A DNA stretch of 64,000 bases from Callorhinchus milii (taxonomy: Eukaryota), in the NCBI RefSeq assembly GCF_018977255.1, contig NW_024704742.1:11162001-11226000 (forward strand). The letters run 5' to 3'. The number at the start of each line of letters is the position of its first letter. The stretch's first letter is position 1. The notes under the pieces were generated by a model. The model was not told the origin of the DNA and searched no databases. It saw only the letters and a list, made by a program, of their open reading frames with translations. The translations under genes and the position numbers were made by a program. This document shows, one piece after another, positions 13,245 to 26,827 of this stretch.

Positions 13245-14080
13245 AAACTGCAAGTTGTTGTTTTGGAATATGATGAATCTATATAAACTATCATTTTAAC
13301 AATTTTTCTCCAAAAGTTTCTTCCCTCTCCTGAAAATATTTGTCACTTTTCTTCCTTTCTAGTAAGTATAGTTTCACAGGCAGGTCACTCTCCAATGTCT
13401 CATCTAAATTGTTATTATTCACTTAATAATAATCCTTGCATTTGACATAAATTTCATTTCTCAAAGTACTTCATTTACTGAGATGTACAGTGTCTGTGCA
13501 TTTTGTAGTTGATATCGTAGACAATTTACACACAGCATTGTCCAACAGTCAGTCATTAAGTGAATGAACAATCTCACTTGGGAGATTGTTGCTCAAGATG
13601 TCGTGAGAAACACCGTGCTCTTTTCAAATAGAGTCGTGGGATCTTTAATGTACAATTGAACAGGCAGATGGAACCTTGGTTTAAAGTCTCATTCGAAGAA
13701 CAGCACCTCTGACAATGCAGCACTGCAATGTGAACTGAGACTCTGATTATTATAATAATAAATAATAATAAGCCTTGGGCTACCAACTGAAGCAGGCTGA
13801 CACCACAAATGAGCCAGGTTCACTTGTGAGCTTCAACAGTGAATATGGGCAGAGCACAATCATTCACTGAAGGTGGGCGGGGGGCAGGAGGAGGGCAGAT
13901 TGGAGGAAAGTAAGGATTGCATAGGAGAGAATGAGTTATAGTAGGGGATTGTGGGGAAGTATCACAGTGGAGACCAGCCTTGTTCTTGTCAGTGATTCCC
14001 ATGGATCCTTTAGTGAGGAAGCTGGACAGGGTCAGAAACAGGTGCCCCAACTGAGAGAACAGTTTCAGCTACAGGTGTGG

Positions 14081-14727
14081 AGTCCTTAATGGTTAGAGCA
14101 CTTGCCTTACAAGCGAGAGAACCTGGATTTGATTCCCGGGCAAGTATCCTCACTTAATAATGATAATCTTTGCATTTGATATAGCGCTTTTCACATCATC
14201 TAGATGTCTCAAAATGCTTCACAGAATAGACTGTAAAGTGAATTGACTGTATATTTTGTGGGCGAAATGCAGCAGCCAATTGCTCACAGCCGTGTCCCAC
14301 AAACAGTCGTTGATTGAGGGACCAAATTATTACTGTTTTTTTCTTGAGGGATTATTATCAGGTGTGTGGAGTAAGGAAACATGCCCAAGGTTTTGCCCTG
14401 CCGGGTGTCAAACCTCGGTCTCTCGCTTTCGAGGCAAGTGCTCCAAACACTGAGCTACAGGATTCCTTAGCAGTAAATAGGAACCCCGATTGTTAGTCGA
14501 ATGGCAGATCGCTTTTCCAGGAACAATAATTCCTTCAAAAAATAATAATAATAACTTTGTCACTCAATCCATGACTGTTTGTGGCACACTGATGTGCACA
14601 ATTGGCTGCTGCATTTTGCCCACAAAATGTACAGTCAATTCACTTTACATTATATTGTATGAAGTGCTTTGAGACGTTTCGAAGACGTGATAAGATGCTA
14701 TATCAAATGCAAGGATTATTATTATTA
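14081..14727. mobile_element. Nested SINE pair: a minus-strand copy (14155-14466) inside a plus-strand copy
   Basis: The plus head at 14081-14150 resumes at 14467 ('ttagcagtaaataggaacc') after a complete inverted copy. Confidence 0.8.
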
Positions 14728-16039
14728 GGAGGTTTGATTTCAGTGAAGGTGAACGGAGGAGGAAAGACATCTGTGGCAGAATTTATGGTGTTTCAGAAGC
14801 AATGCCAAGATGTAATAGAGAAAAACAATGTGCTTTGCAGAAGAGAGAGAAATTGAAAGCTTATGGCAGAAAAAATCATACTTGTTGATCCACCTGCAGT
14901 AGTTGGAGGTGAAATCAGGAGCTGATTTTCACACTGTGACAGAATTTGACAGTCCTACCTCTCATGGCTATTGTGTGATAGTTGTTTGGTCATTTCTTTC
15001 TGCAGTATACGCTGAGTTATGACAGAGTCAAATTATAGGAATTTGCCTTTGTAACAATAAAGATCATTGGCAGTCAGTGTAAAAGGCAGCCACAGGGTTC
15101 AAACCTTAATTTATCTTCTTTCTATAGCAATGCTGGGAAGAAGCTGAAGAAATTCAGGTCGCTGTCAATTATTTACAAAGTTTCTGTGGCTACCAAGCAT
15201 TGCTGAAAAAAAAGAAAATAAGAGGTTGCTCAGGGACAAGGAATTGGCAAGGAATTCATTGCGTGTGAAGGATAGACATTTAATTTGACTTTGGGACTGG
15301 ACAGATAAAACATGGTTGTTTGCGACATTCCTATATGAGCCTGCTTCACGTCCCCCGCCCAGCCCTCCCACCGTCAGGGGTCGGGCCTTCAGCCGCTTGG
15401 CCCCCACCCTGTGGAACTCTAGCCCAGTCCCTTCATCTCACTCCCTCCCTTGTCTCCTTCAAGGTACATCTCAAAACCTTCCTTTATCACAAAGCCTTCG
15501 GCCACCCTCCTAACCTCTCTGCTCTCCACCCTCTCTGATCCTGACCCCGAGCTTGTGTCCAAATTCCTGACTGTCCAGCACCTTGGGATGTCCTCCCGAC
15601 GTTAAAACTGATAATCAGATGTAATTTTGTATTTTTGTATCATCCTTGCTACCATCCATTTTATGATATTTGCACTTTTGCACAGATCTAAGATTCAGAA
15701 ACAAGCACCTTGTGCACTTGCCCATCTGCCCTCTGTCTCTTCACATTGGGCATCATGATCTTTGATTGGCAGTAGCTTAGGTGAGCTGTGTTACAGCACA
15801 GAGTGCCATTTGTCTCTGTTGTGGAAATGTAAATATCCTTGGAGCAAATAGTGCTTGGGAAAGTCTTAACCAGCTTTGCATCTCTCACCAGTGCATGAGA
15901 AGTGCTCTGGGATGCTATCCTGCATGCAGGGCACCATATAAATGCAATTTGTAGTTATTGAGAAACAATATAGTTATGGGAGAATTCTGCAGCTTTAAGA
16001 TCTCCTCAGAGTTACACAACTACAGAATCCACATCAGCC

Positions 16040-16310
16040 CTGCCAATGGCTTAGTCTGCAGTCCAAGAAGGTCTTATGCTTGATCCCTGGTCTGTGCTTA
16101 GTGAACAAATCTCTAAACAGGGCATCAGCAAGGATACTTACAATTCCCTCAGAATCGATGGGTTAGCGATTTAAGTTATGTTTCTGTTACTAACCAGTGA
16201 CACTGCATTGAAAAGTGCTCATTTGTCGCACCAGGACAGGAAGGGACTCAGCTGTGAGGTGCCCTGATCATTTTCTGCCATCAAACAGCTTGCTAACACT
16301 CGATGTCTAG
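16040..16310 (+). repeat. Old SINE-like family, unnamed; other copies at ~790-1000(-), 18070-18340(-) and 57385-57540(-)
   Basis: Shared blocks, e.g. 'caggagcaaaaaccctggctg.ttt' at ~866 versus 'caggagcaggaacactggctgtgtt' at ~18191. Confidence 0.55.
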
Positions 16311-16314
16311 GCAA

Positions 16315-17075
16315 ACAACAACAAAATTACATTTGTATAGTGCCTTTCACATCGGGAGGACGTCCCAAGGTGCTGGACAGTCAGTGTTCCAGACCCAAGC
16401 TGGGGGTCGGGATTGGGGAGGGTGGAGGGTAGGGAGGAAGAAGGGTGATCGAAAGCACGGTCGAAGAGGAGGGTCTTGAGATGGGTCTTGAAGGAGGCAA
16501 GGGAGGGGGCGAGGCGGAGGAACTGTGTGATGTAGTTCCAGAGGGTAGGGGCAGAGGTTAGGGGCAGAAGGCCTGCCTGCCAACGGTGGGGCAGGCGAAG
16601 CGGGTGATGTGAAGCAGGCCGGAGCCCACTGAGTGGAGGGAGAAGGCAGGATGATAAGGGGTTAGGAGGTTGCGGGTACAAGGCCATGCAGGGCTTTGAA
16701 GGTGAGGACCAGGAATTTGAAATGTGTCCTCTGAGTGATGGGAAGTCAGTGGAGTCAGGTGAGTATAGGGTCACGGAGCCTGGTGTGGGAGAGGACATGG
16801 GCTGCAGAGTTCTGGATGATCAGCAGCCTATGGAGGGAAGAGTTGGAGAGGCCGACAAGCAAGGTGCTTGCATAATCAAGCCTTGATGTTATGAATGCGT
16901 GTATGAGGATTTCGGTGGCCAGGCAATGGTGGAGGTTGGGAAGGCGGGTCATGGCATTGGATGTGGGGTAGAAAGGATAGTTGAGGGTCAAACAAGACAC
17001 CAATTTCTGGACTGGATTAATAAGGTGGAATGTGCATCAATGGATGGTGATGCTGTCAGCGCCTGAATTGTGTAT
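16315..17075 (-). mobile_element. L2 3' fragment
   Basis: Peptides LIHAFITSRLDYAS and SLASFKTHLKTLLFDRAF; tail at 16315. Confidence 0.85.
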
Positions 17076-18413
17076 ATACTTGTGCAGCATTCTGAGACAT
17101 TTCAATGTGAGAAGGCATTCTAAAAATAAAAGCTATTAATTTGCCTAAAAGTTCACAGTCACTACATTTAGTAAAATCACTGTGTCGAAAAAATCTGTAA
17201 AGTGCTTTAAGACATTTAATAAGTGTGATAATTAAGGTACCATATCAAATGCAAGGATTCTTATGATTAAACTCTTAATTCTTTTTAAATAACGAAATCA
17301 AATGATCTATTTTTTTTAAATATACTGAATGAAAAAATTACTATAAGTTATGTAAATTTACAAACAGACTCTAATAAATAATAATAATCCTTGCATTTGA
17401 TATTGTGTCTTAACACGTCTTCGAGATGTCTCAAAGCGCTTCACAGAATATACTGTAAAGTGAATTGCCTGTATATTTTGTGGGCAAAACGCGGCTCCCA
17501 ATTGCACACAGCAGCGTCCCACAAACAGTCGTGGATTGAAGTGACCAAAGATCTGAGATTGAACAGTGACTCTTTATTCTCTGCAGTTTTTTTAATGTTT
17601 ACAGTGTCCAGTTCTGTATTTGTATTTCTCCCTATTGTTCTGGCTTTCTCTTGCTGGGTGCAGTTCCACGGACACTGTTGACATTCTGGTACCCCATCTA
17701 CAACCTGCATTTATATAGCGCCCTTCACATGGTGTAGCATCCTGGAGCACTTCACAGTGACGGAGTCTGACAATGAGCCAAGGGGAGAAAGAGTTGGGAG
17801 GTGACCATAAGCACAATCAAAAAGGAAGGTCTTTAGGTGGGATTTGAAGATGGGGAGGGAGGGGGCAAGATGGAGGGATCGAGGGAGTGAATTCTAGAGT
17901 TTCGGGGCGTAGTCGCTGAAGGTAGACCACCGATGGTGGAGGGACGGCACAAGGGACAATTAGGAGGCCGGAGCCAGCTGAGCGGAGGCAGTGGTGGTGG
18001 AGTGGGGGGTAAGCTGATCAGATAGGTAGGGAGGTGCGAGGGAATGAAGCGATTGTTGTTGATGTCTGAGCCTTGGCACTGATTGTCAGCCGACTACTTG
18101 ACCGTTGAGGATGTCTCAGGCAAACTTGACTTCTCATCACTCCCTCCGACTAACAGCCCTGCAACCAATTAGACAGTGCAGTTGAGGGACCAGGAGCAGG
18201 AACACTGGCTGTGTTTCCGCTCCCTAACCTGGACAGGCTGGGACCAACTTAGCTTTCCTAAACAGCTGCAACTGCAACCAGCAAACTCAACACATGCTGA
18301 GATTTGTATCATTGAGTGTCTGGTCTGTAGGCTGCAGTTTTATCCACCGTTACTGGACAATTAGGGCTGACCTTCAGTTAATTTTTTGCAAATAACTATT
18401 TCTCATCTGCCAG

Positions 18414-18563
18414 AATTTGAAAAATCGTGAAGCACAAGGCCATTCAATAACTCAAATTATTCTTCTTACGGATCATGTGAACTTGCTGTTTCATGGATTG
18501 CTCCCATGGATTGTTCATCTCTTGAGAAAAGGATTCAAGGAAGTCTGTCCCTTCTTCCAAAAG
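18414..18563 (+). CDS. Candidate 150-bp phase 0-0 exon of an unidentified gene
   Basis: Acceptor tttctcatctgccag and donor AAG|gtaagt; single open frame NLKNREAQ...LLFHGLLPWIVHLLRKGFKEVCPFFQK. A competing antisense candidate exists. Confidence 0.3.
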
Positions 18564-19104
18564 GTAAGTAATGCCAAGCTCCGCAAACACCCAGCGAAGG
18601 TCACACCTCATTCGCTCAGTTTCTTTCACTAGCTGTGGTCATTAGGATGTTATTTCCCATAATTTGACTGGCTCAGGAAAGGGTTACATTTCATACAGCA
18701 TTTTATCATCTCTCTCTGTAGCTATCTTCAAAACCTTCATTCCTGGTCCTAACCAAATATTCACTGATGGTCTGATCAGTACTGAGTTTTCAAATCTCGT
18801 TTATGAAGACCAGTGCACAGTCTAGTGGGGCCGAGTGACCTGTTTTCATGCTGCATCACTCTATGTGGCTCTATGTAAGCCATAAGGTAATATTGACCTT
18901 ACCAGAAGGCAGTAAACTTCAATTTACAGTGTTTGTAAATGGGATGTTGACGCAGTTTTGTTCTGTATTTCCTTTTGAGATTCACCTTTTACACTCATGC
19001 TCCATTGATATTGTAGGAGATTGCAGGTCCAGATCAAGCTGAAGTGGGTCTCCAGTAAGCAAACATGATGCTGTAAAATCCATACTGTTTATAATAATCA
19101 TAAT

Positions 19105-19424
19105 AATAATAATAATCCTTGCATTTGATATAGCGCTTTTCACGTCGGGAGGACGTCCCAAAGCACTTCACAGAACACACTGTAAAGTGAATTAACTGTA
19201 TATTTGTGGGCGAACGCGGCAGCCAATTGCGCACAGCAATGTCCCACAAACAGTCATATGGATTGAAAATGACCAATTTATTATTGTTTTTGGTTTTGGA
19301 GGGATTATTATTAGGCTCTGTGTGGAGTAAGGAAACTTGCCCAAGGTTTCGCCCTCTGCCTGGAATTGAACTCAGGTCTCTCACTTGCAAAGCGAGTGCT
19401 CTAACCACTGAGCTACAGGACTCC
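19105..19424 (-). mobile_element. Young full-length tRNA-Ala-like SINE, short-body subfamily
   Basis: Reverse complement is nearly identical to 11528-11853. Confidence 0.9.
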
Positions 19425-22009
19425 ACGTGTTTATGTGGAAAGCACAGCACACACAAGTTCAGAATTAACTGGGCATTTTATTTTCCGGCTGAGGATTTTA
19501 CCTGTTTAAAAAGAATCTGTATATAATATCTGTATATCTGTATATAATAGCAGTATGTAAATTCAGTAGGCTGACTGATAAATCAGGTCAGACACAGCCA
19601 ATTACTGGAGACCCTTTGAGGAGAGAGTACACACTTCATTACAAACAAACAGAAATTTTCATACATGTACATAAATAGTGAGTAGGAAACCAGCTGTTAG
19701 TCGATTGGCAGATGACTTTTCCGGGGATTAATCCTTTTTAGAAAAAGAAAGATAATAATTTGGTCACGATTGTTTGTGGGACACTGCTGTGCGCAATTGG
19801 CTGCCATGTTTCTCCCCACAAACTATAAAGTCAATTCACTTTACAGTATCTTCTGTGAAGCACTTTGAGACATCTTGAAGATGTGATAAGGCACAATATC
19901 AAATGCAAGGAATATTATTATATGTGGAACACTCAGTAGTTTGGGTTGGGATCCTCGAGCATAGTGATGTGTTTTTATATGTTAAACACCTAGTTGACTA
20001 AACCAAAGTTCAGACAAATAATGTGGCCCATGCTAAAGTGGTAGTGGGAGAGCATGACATAAGGGGAGAGAGAGGTGGAAGGTAAGATGGTTCTGGATTA
20101 ACAGAATTTATTTATTGTCTGGCACATTTTTTCTGGTCTCTGACACATGCAGAAACCCATCATTATGCTTGAGAACATCCAAGCCAAATGGAGAATTTGA
20201 TAAATGTATTCCACCTACGCACGGAAATGTCCTTGTGTCTGGAATAGATTGCACACTCTCTCCCTGGAGGCTCAGATCCTGCTGATCTAATTCTGGAGAG
20301 TATTATACACAGGTTGGCAAAAGCCAAGGCTTGGGGACCCCAGAATGTGCATTTGGATCTGCTGGAGTCTAACTAGCTAAAATCACATAGTTGAGTTATA
20401 TTGAAGGTTAAATTGGTTGCTAGTTAAACTTCACTCCTTGTGGCAGGATTGTACTCAAGCTGATGGGAGATACCGCTGAACCCTCAAAGCTAACAGATAG
20501 CAATGACATTTTGGAGAGAGTTGAAATCAGTGAAAAGGAACATTGTCTGTCGTTCAATTGTATACTTATTTTTTATATTACAAAAGAAATTCAGTTCTCT
20601 TTGAGGTAGAAGAAGGGTTGCTGACATTTTAATGGATCTTATCTCCGAGACAGTTGACGCAAAGCAGTTTCCCATTAGAGGCATTCAATACAGTTAAGTT
20701 CCTGCGTATGCATTTATGGCCATGGAGCTATTTACTATGAGATATTTAGTGGAAATACATCCAATTAGAAAAACCATGATGTCCCACTTGTCAGTTTAAC
20801 AAATTAATGCTCAGGCTTATGCTATTTTTTGCCTTAAATGAAATAGCTGTTTATTTTTCCGACAAGTAAAAGTTCTTTGAATGGATTGTCATTATAGCAG
20901 GAGTTTGCATGTCTAAATTATAACTGAAACAGCTTTGAAAATATTAATGTGATAAATGCAAATTATTTATATTTCTTAAATTCTATAGTTTAACTTTGAG
21001 CTTAAATCGAACAGTTTAAGCAAAATCTATTTTTTGAAGCTATTCAATAAGTCAGAGCTGCTGAACTTCAATGATTCAGCACTTTCTGGTATTAAGTAGA
21101 AAATTTCCTTAAAGCATCAACTGCCCACGTATCAAATACTAATATTTGGTTGAGCTGGCTTTCCACACCACTGAACCCATTTCTATTCTTCTCAAATAAA
21201 TTTAACTTTGGAATAAATTTCTACCAGAAATAAACAATCTACCAGATTGTTACCATTAATCGGTCATTCAGCTCATGGCTATTTGTGGGATCTAACTGCT
21301 ACAAAATATTGCCTGCAAGAAACAGTCAGTACACTTGACATCAGTTACCTGTGAAGTGCTTTGTGACATTTTGACATGGTCAGGTGCTATAAAAACACAA
21401 GTTATTTTGACGTGCATCAACCCTTGTGCTGAATTTGTGTTCCGTAGTCATGATGTCTAAGTGGTTGATCTACTTTGATATTTAAGGAATTAATAGTAAT
21501 CCTTGGATTTCCTTGCATTTAGTTTATAATAGAGGGTAGTTGATGGCTCTACGGTGGATGTTAGGTGGATCCCACTCCCTCCATCTCCCGTTGGCTACTC
21601 TCTACCTCTCTCCTCGACTCCCCCCTCCTTCTCCCCTTGGCTCCCCCCTCCCTTTCCCCTCAGCTCCCCTCTCCCTCTCCCCCTTAGCTCGTTGTCAGGC
21701 TCAGCCACTGTGAAGGGCGCTATACAAATGCAAGTTGTTGTTGATGTGTACACTTCTAAAAGTCTTTGATGTGTCTGAATGGTGAACCACTCAATCCGCA
21801 AAAGCAATTATCCAAACATTTTTAAAGACTACGGAACAGAATGATGGCTGAGGAACAAAGTGCAGAGAGTGGAATCGATAGATGTTTCCCAGAGTGATGG
21901 TATTTAACTCATGGTCTGTGCCTCGACCGCTGATTTTTACCAATATACATTCATAATTTGCATGTAGTCAGAAGGGCAGTTGCATCCAGGTTTGCTGGGA
22001 AATTTGACA

Positions 22010-22690
22010 AAATGTAAAGCAGACTGAATCGACATGTGCAGTTTAACGCTAATAAATATTGTACTGCATTTTGGGAAAAAGAATAGGGAGCAGTCACATT
22101 GCTTGAAAGGTGAACCACTCAGTTCGATGGAGGAACAGATAATCTGAGTATACAAATACATAAATCACTAACCATTGGATGTCAGGTACATAAAGCTCTC
22201 AAGAGTGCAAATGAAGTCCTGGGATTTGTAAATTACGAATTCCCAAGTAGGGAAGCTATGTTGTAATCCTGTAGCACATTAGTTTGGCCACCTTTGGTGT
22301 ATTGTGTCCAGTTTGGGCTTGTTATTTCCAAAAAGGTGTCAAGATTGAGAGGGGGAAGCACAAAATCACTTGGATGCTACCAGGTGTGTGACAATACATC
22401 TTATGTATTGAAGAAAGGCTGGCTAAATTGGATCTTTTTGCACTAGCACAGAGGAGATTGACAGGGCATATAATAAAGGACTTTAACATGTTTAAAGGGC
22501 TTGACAAGCTACTGTATGAATGAAAAACTAATACCTTTAGTTGGGGAATCAATGACAAGGGAATGTAGTTTTTGGGTTGTTAGCATTGGGGTCAAGGGAG
22601 AGGTTCAAAAATTCTCTTCACTCAAAGGATTGTTGTGGAATTCATGAGGCTTGATCAATTAATCATTCAAAAGGGAATGGGATAAGACCT
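22010..22690 (+). mobile_element. Old degenerate CR1 3' ORF2 fragment
   Basis: 'tattgtgtccagtttggg' (YCVQFW), 'ggggaatcaatgacaaggg' and 'ttcactcaaaggattgt' remnants. Confidence 0.7.
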
Positions 22691-25156
22691 CAACAGTAAA
22701 AACAGTTGAGACTTTGTGCTCATAGTTTTGGCTGATGTTCCAATGCAATGGTGAGGGGGCGCTACATTGTAGGAGGTGCCAGCCTTAAGATAAGATGCTA
22801 AATCGAGGTTCTATCTGCCTATTCAGGTGGATGTTAAGGATCCTCTGGTACTTTTTGAAAAGAGAAAGGAGTTTCTCTCAGTTTCCTGTCCAACAGTCAT
22901 CCAGCTAAAAATCGGTCATTCACTTTGTGGCTGTTTGTGGGACATTATAAGATAAAGGAATAATAAAAATGATAACTGTTCATAGGATAATGTAGCATTG
23001 TCCTAGACACAGTGGGCCAAAGGGTTTCCAATGTTCTGATTATTTCTGTTTCAATATCACTTCTTGTTACGTTTAGGTCCTTTGCCTTCAGTCTTTGAGT
23101 TCAGCTGTTTCTGATGCGGTGCCACTATTTTAAATGGTTATGTCAAAGTTACTCTTAATCATTATTAGTTAATAGTGACAACAGACATCACTGCAGATTA
23201 ATTGACATTTTTGATGACATTATCTTGTGAGGACAGTAATAAACAATGATTGCAGATGGCATCTCCTTGGTAAAGCTGTGTTTAGTTAAGACAATACAGG
23301 GAAATATAGAAATGCTACATACACAATAGCAAGAATTCCTCACTGTATACCATCAGTCTTTAAATTTACAGCACATCTGGCCCCTCTTGACTCTATTGGG
23401 CACAAATCAAACAATACAATACAAATTTACATGTATATAGTGCCTTCCATGTAAGGAAAACATTGTAAAATGCTTAAGACTACTGGCTGGGCACCCAAGC
23501 TGGAGTGGGAGCTGAGGGGAATATGACCAAATGTTTAGTCAAAAAATATCAGTGATGCTCCATTTAGCTTTCCTTTTAGCCAATGGATGTGGTTGAAGGC
23601 ACATTTGAAGAGTGAACAAGTCAGTCCAGACAGCTGCTCATGTACACGAAGATTACATCCTGTGAAGGGAGGGGAAAGGAGAATGCTAATAATATTAATA
23701 AGCTTTGCATTTGATATAGAGTCTTATCAGGTCCTCTAGACTTCTCAAAGCGCTTCATGGATTATACTGTAAAGTGAATTGATTGCATATTTTGTGGGTG
23801 AAACGCGGCAGCCAATTGCACACCGCAGTGTTTCTGGGTGCCAATTCAGGCTGCTTGCTATATGTGTTCTGCTAAGCACATTTTTATACATGGAGACATC
23901 ATCTTGTCATTGTGTAGATGATGCACATAAAGCTCAAACCTGCCTCACTCAATTCTGCTCTGGAGAACAACGCAAAGGTCAAGGGATCTGACATTTACTT
24001 GACAGTTGTGCTGGGTTTGTATAAGTGCCATCACGGCCTATTCTCATCTCATGCTTTACGTTTTTTGTGTGACTCTTCCGCTGGCTAAATCCTGCCTGCT
24101 CCATTTGATCACCTGCATTCTTGGCAAAGTGCAAGAATTCATCTTTCTGTGTGCAGCTTCAAAAAGGTTACACGTGTGTCTGAAGCCCTGAGCTGAGCAA
24201 CTTCGCACCGCCCATTAAAGTGAAATTAAAAAAATTGCAAATTTTTGCAGACTTCTTCACTGTATGTCATCATAAAGTGAAAAATTACAAACGGTGTAAT
24301 TTAGTAAAGAGCCATTATGTTTGACAGTATGGTATATCTATTTTTAAGTGCAATCTCCAGTCTCCCCGACCTAAGAATACAATTTTTGTAACCTTTTTTA
24401 AAAACTTTTTTTTTACTACCTTATGTTGAATCCTCTTAAAGAGCATCTCAGGAACTGTTGACCTGTGTAGTTACTGTTTTTGTAGACTGGGTTCATTTTA
24501 GTGTATATGTTAAACAAAAAATACGCCACCGAATATACAGTCAATTCACTTCACAGTATATTGTGTGAAGTGCTTTGAGACATCTCAAAGATGTGATATA
24601 TATCGAATGCAAGGATTATTATTATAGTATATGCAGCCCCATTTGACTTCTATGTTGGAACCAGAAGGAGGAGAAAGCTGTGGAAAGAATGAGGAGGAAG
24701 TTGCAAAATCATTGCACCACTAATGCTCCATATATCCAGCGGACTGATGTAGCTGAAAAAATATCAGAGTAGCTGATCAAATCTATTTAATTTACACTTT
24801 TAATTTTAATTTAATTGCTATTCATACAAATGGATGTAAATCTGGGATGCTTTGAGTTATTGTTAATCAATGCTGGATGTAATGTTAAGTTAAAACTAAC
24901 TACCTAATACATACTTCCTAATGTTGATCTAAGAATAGGATTCAATCTCAATGAGGTAGATGAGTGTGATGGGAGCTGATCCATAGAAAGGTAAACAATC
25001 AAGCTTTAGGTAGCCCAGATTCTATTGTATAAATAAAGTCAGATTAGAAATTTAGTCCCCATTATAAACATTCACAGGATAACTTATATAATGCTTGCCA
25101 AATATCAGGCAATTTTCTGTGTGTCACTTTTTATAATTTATAAATCGTGAAAACAG

Positions 25157-25279
25157 TGCAATTCACCTGCTTTTTAATTCCTGATCACATCACTGAGCTA
25201 AGTCATCTAATGAAAACAGGGACCACGAGATGACTTAGCTCAGTGATGTGATCAGGAATTAAAAAACAGGTGAATTGCA
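25157..25279. repeat. Inverted repeat, 52-bp arms (one mismatch) with a 19-nt spacer
   Basis: 25157-25208 versus 25228-25279. Confidence 0.95.
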
Positions 25280-25428
25280 TTCCCCATTCCTGCACAGAGC
25301 AGGGGCAAAGGTTGTGTGTGCGGTGTAGTGTGCGGAGGTGTGTGGTGGAATGGATGAATATTGGGTGTGGGGGACGGGTGAAGATAGGAGGGGGGAAATA
25401 AGCAAAGATTGATGCCCTGTACAAAAAA

Positions 25429-25860
25429 TAATAATCCTTACATTTGATAGAATGTCTTTCCCAGATGGTGGATGTCCCAAAGGAATTCACAGGATACACT
25501 GCAGAGTGCAGTGACTATTTGTATGTTATGAGCATATGCAATATCCAATTTGCACACAGAGGTGTCCCACAAACAGCCATGAAGTGAATGAACAATTTTA
25601 TTTGGGAGATTTTTATCCAGGACATCAGAAGAAGCCCCCTTCTCCTTTCAAATAGTGCTGTGGGATCTTTAACTTGCACTTGAACAGGTAGACGGGGGCT
25701 TGGTTTAATATCTTGTCCAAAGGACGGATTCTCCTGCAAAGCAGTACAACCCCAACAGTGCAGCCTAGACTAAATGGATTCCAAGTCCTGACCTGGGGCT
25801 TGAACTCACAATCGTCTGACTCGGAGGCAACAGTGATACCATCCAAGCCAGGCTGACACA
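25429..25860 (-). mobile_element. DeuSINE copy
   Basis: Reverse of the same head, Deu block and tail. Further copies lie at ~13426-13735(-), 22720-22945, 33275-33565, 38200-38637, 39480-39800 and 45895-46280. Confidence 0.75.
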
Positions 25861-26827
25861 CTGTCTAACTACAATAGTGCACCACAGCCTATGAGGTTAT
25901 TGATGGAGAAATATTCTGAGCACAGAATCTTATATTTGACCCATTTCAGAAATAATTGCCTGTCTCCTGGGTTCAAAGTGGACCAGAACGTCCTGGTACG
26001 TTAAGCAAAACCTTAGATTTCAGAATTGGGAAGGGGTCCCCTTAAGCTATTTTTGCCCCATGGGACCTTGTTACGCCGCTGTGTCATGGTATTTTAGTAT
26101 ACTCGTAGGAGTTGGAGCAGGAAGTTCGGCTGCTGACTTGTCTCTCTTGATTTGGGACAGAGCCTGTTGACTGTCAACGGTGTATTGGAGGGAACAGTGA
26201 GGTGCTAGCAATCACTTGTGGAGATTGAAGAGCAATATCAGCTGATCGGCAACAGTTGGTTGGAGAGACCAAATCAAAAGGAATACATTGAAAGAGAGTG
26301 GCATGGTATGAGAAGGAGCCTATGGATGCACAGTTTCACAGAAACTGTCATAAATTTAATTCAGTACAAGCCTATGCAAGACAGTATTATGCATCACAGA
26401 TCAAAGCAGCATCTGCTTTGAAGCTCTGTTAAGCAGGCCTAGAGAATTGTACATATTTAAGAGGCATCCCTTCAGTAGACTTACGTAATGATTAAGGGAA
26501 AACAAGTACTCACTCCCAAGATTGGATCAATAAACCTAGATTAATAATCAAATTGCATGCTTCTATACAATATTATTATCATATTATTATTGTTACTATC
26601 AGTCTTCTTCCACAGAGGTGTGAGGCCACTGTTGGTTCGGGTTTGCCTGCCTGATCCCATCCTCAGCAGCAAGTGAACAGCTGAATGGTGAAGCTTTGGC
26701 AAACACCCGGCTGCACTGATAGCCTACACACCAATTGTGTTCTGGCTTGCCCACTTTAAATGTTTGGAGAATGCAGGCCAATTTTAATTTGGGGATTGTG
26801 GCTGTTGTAAATTTACAAGAGTAATTC

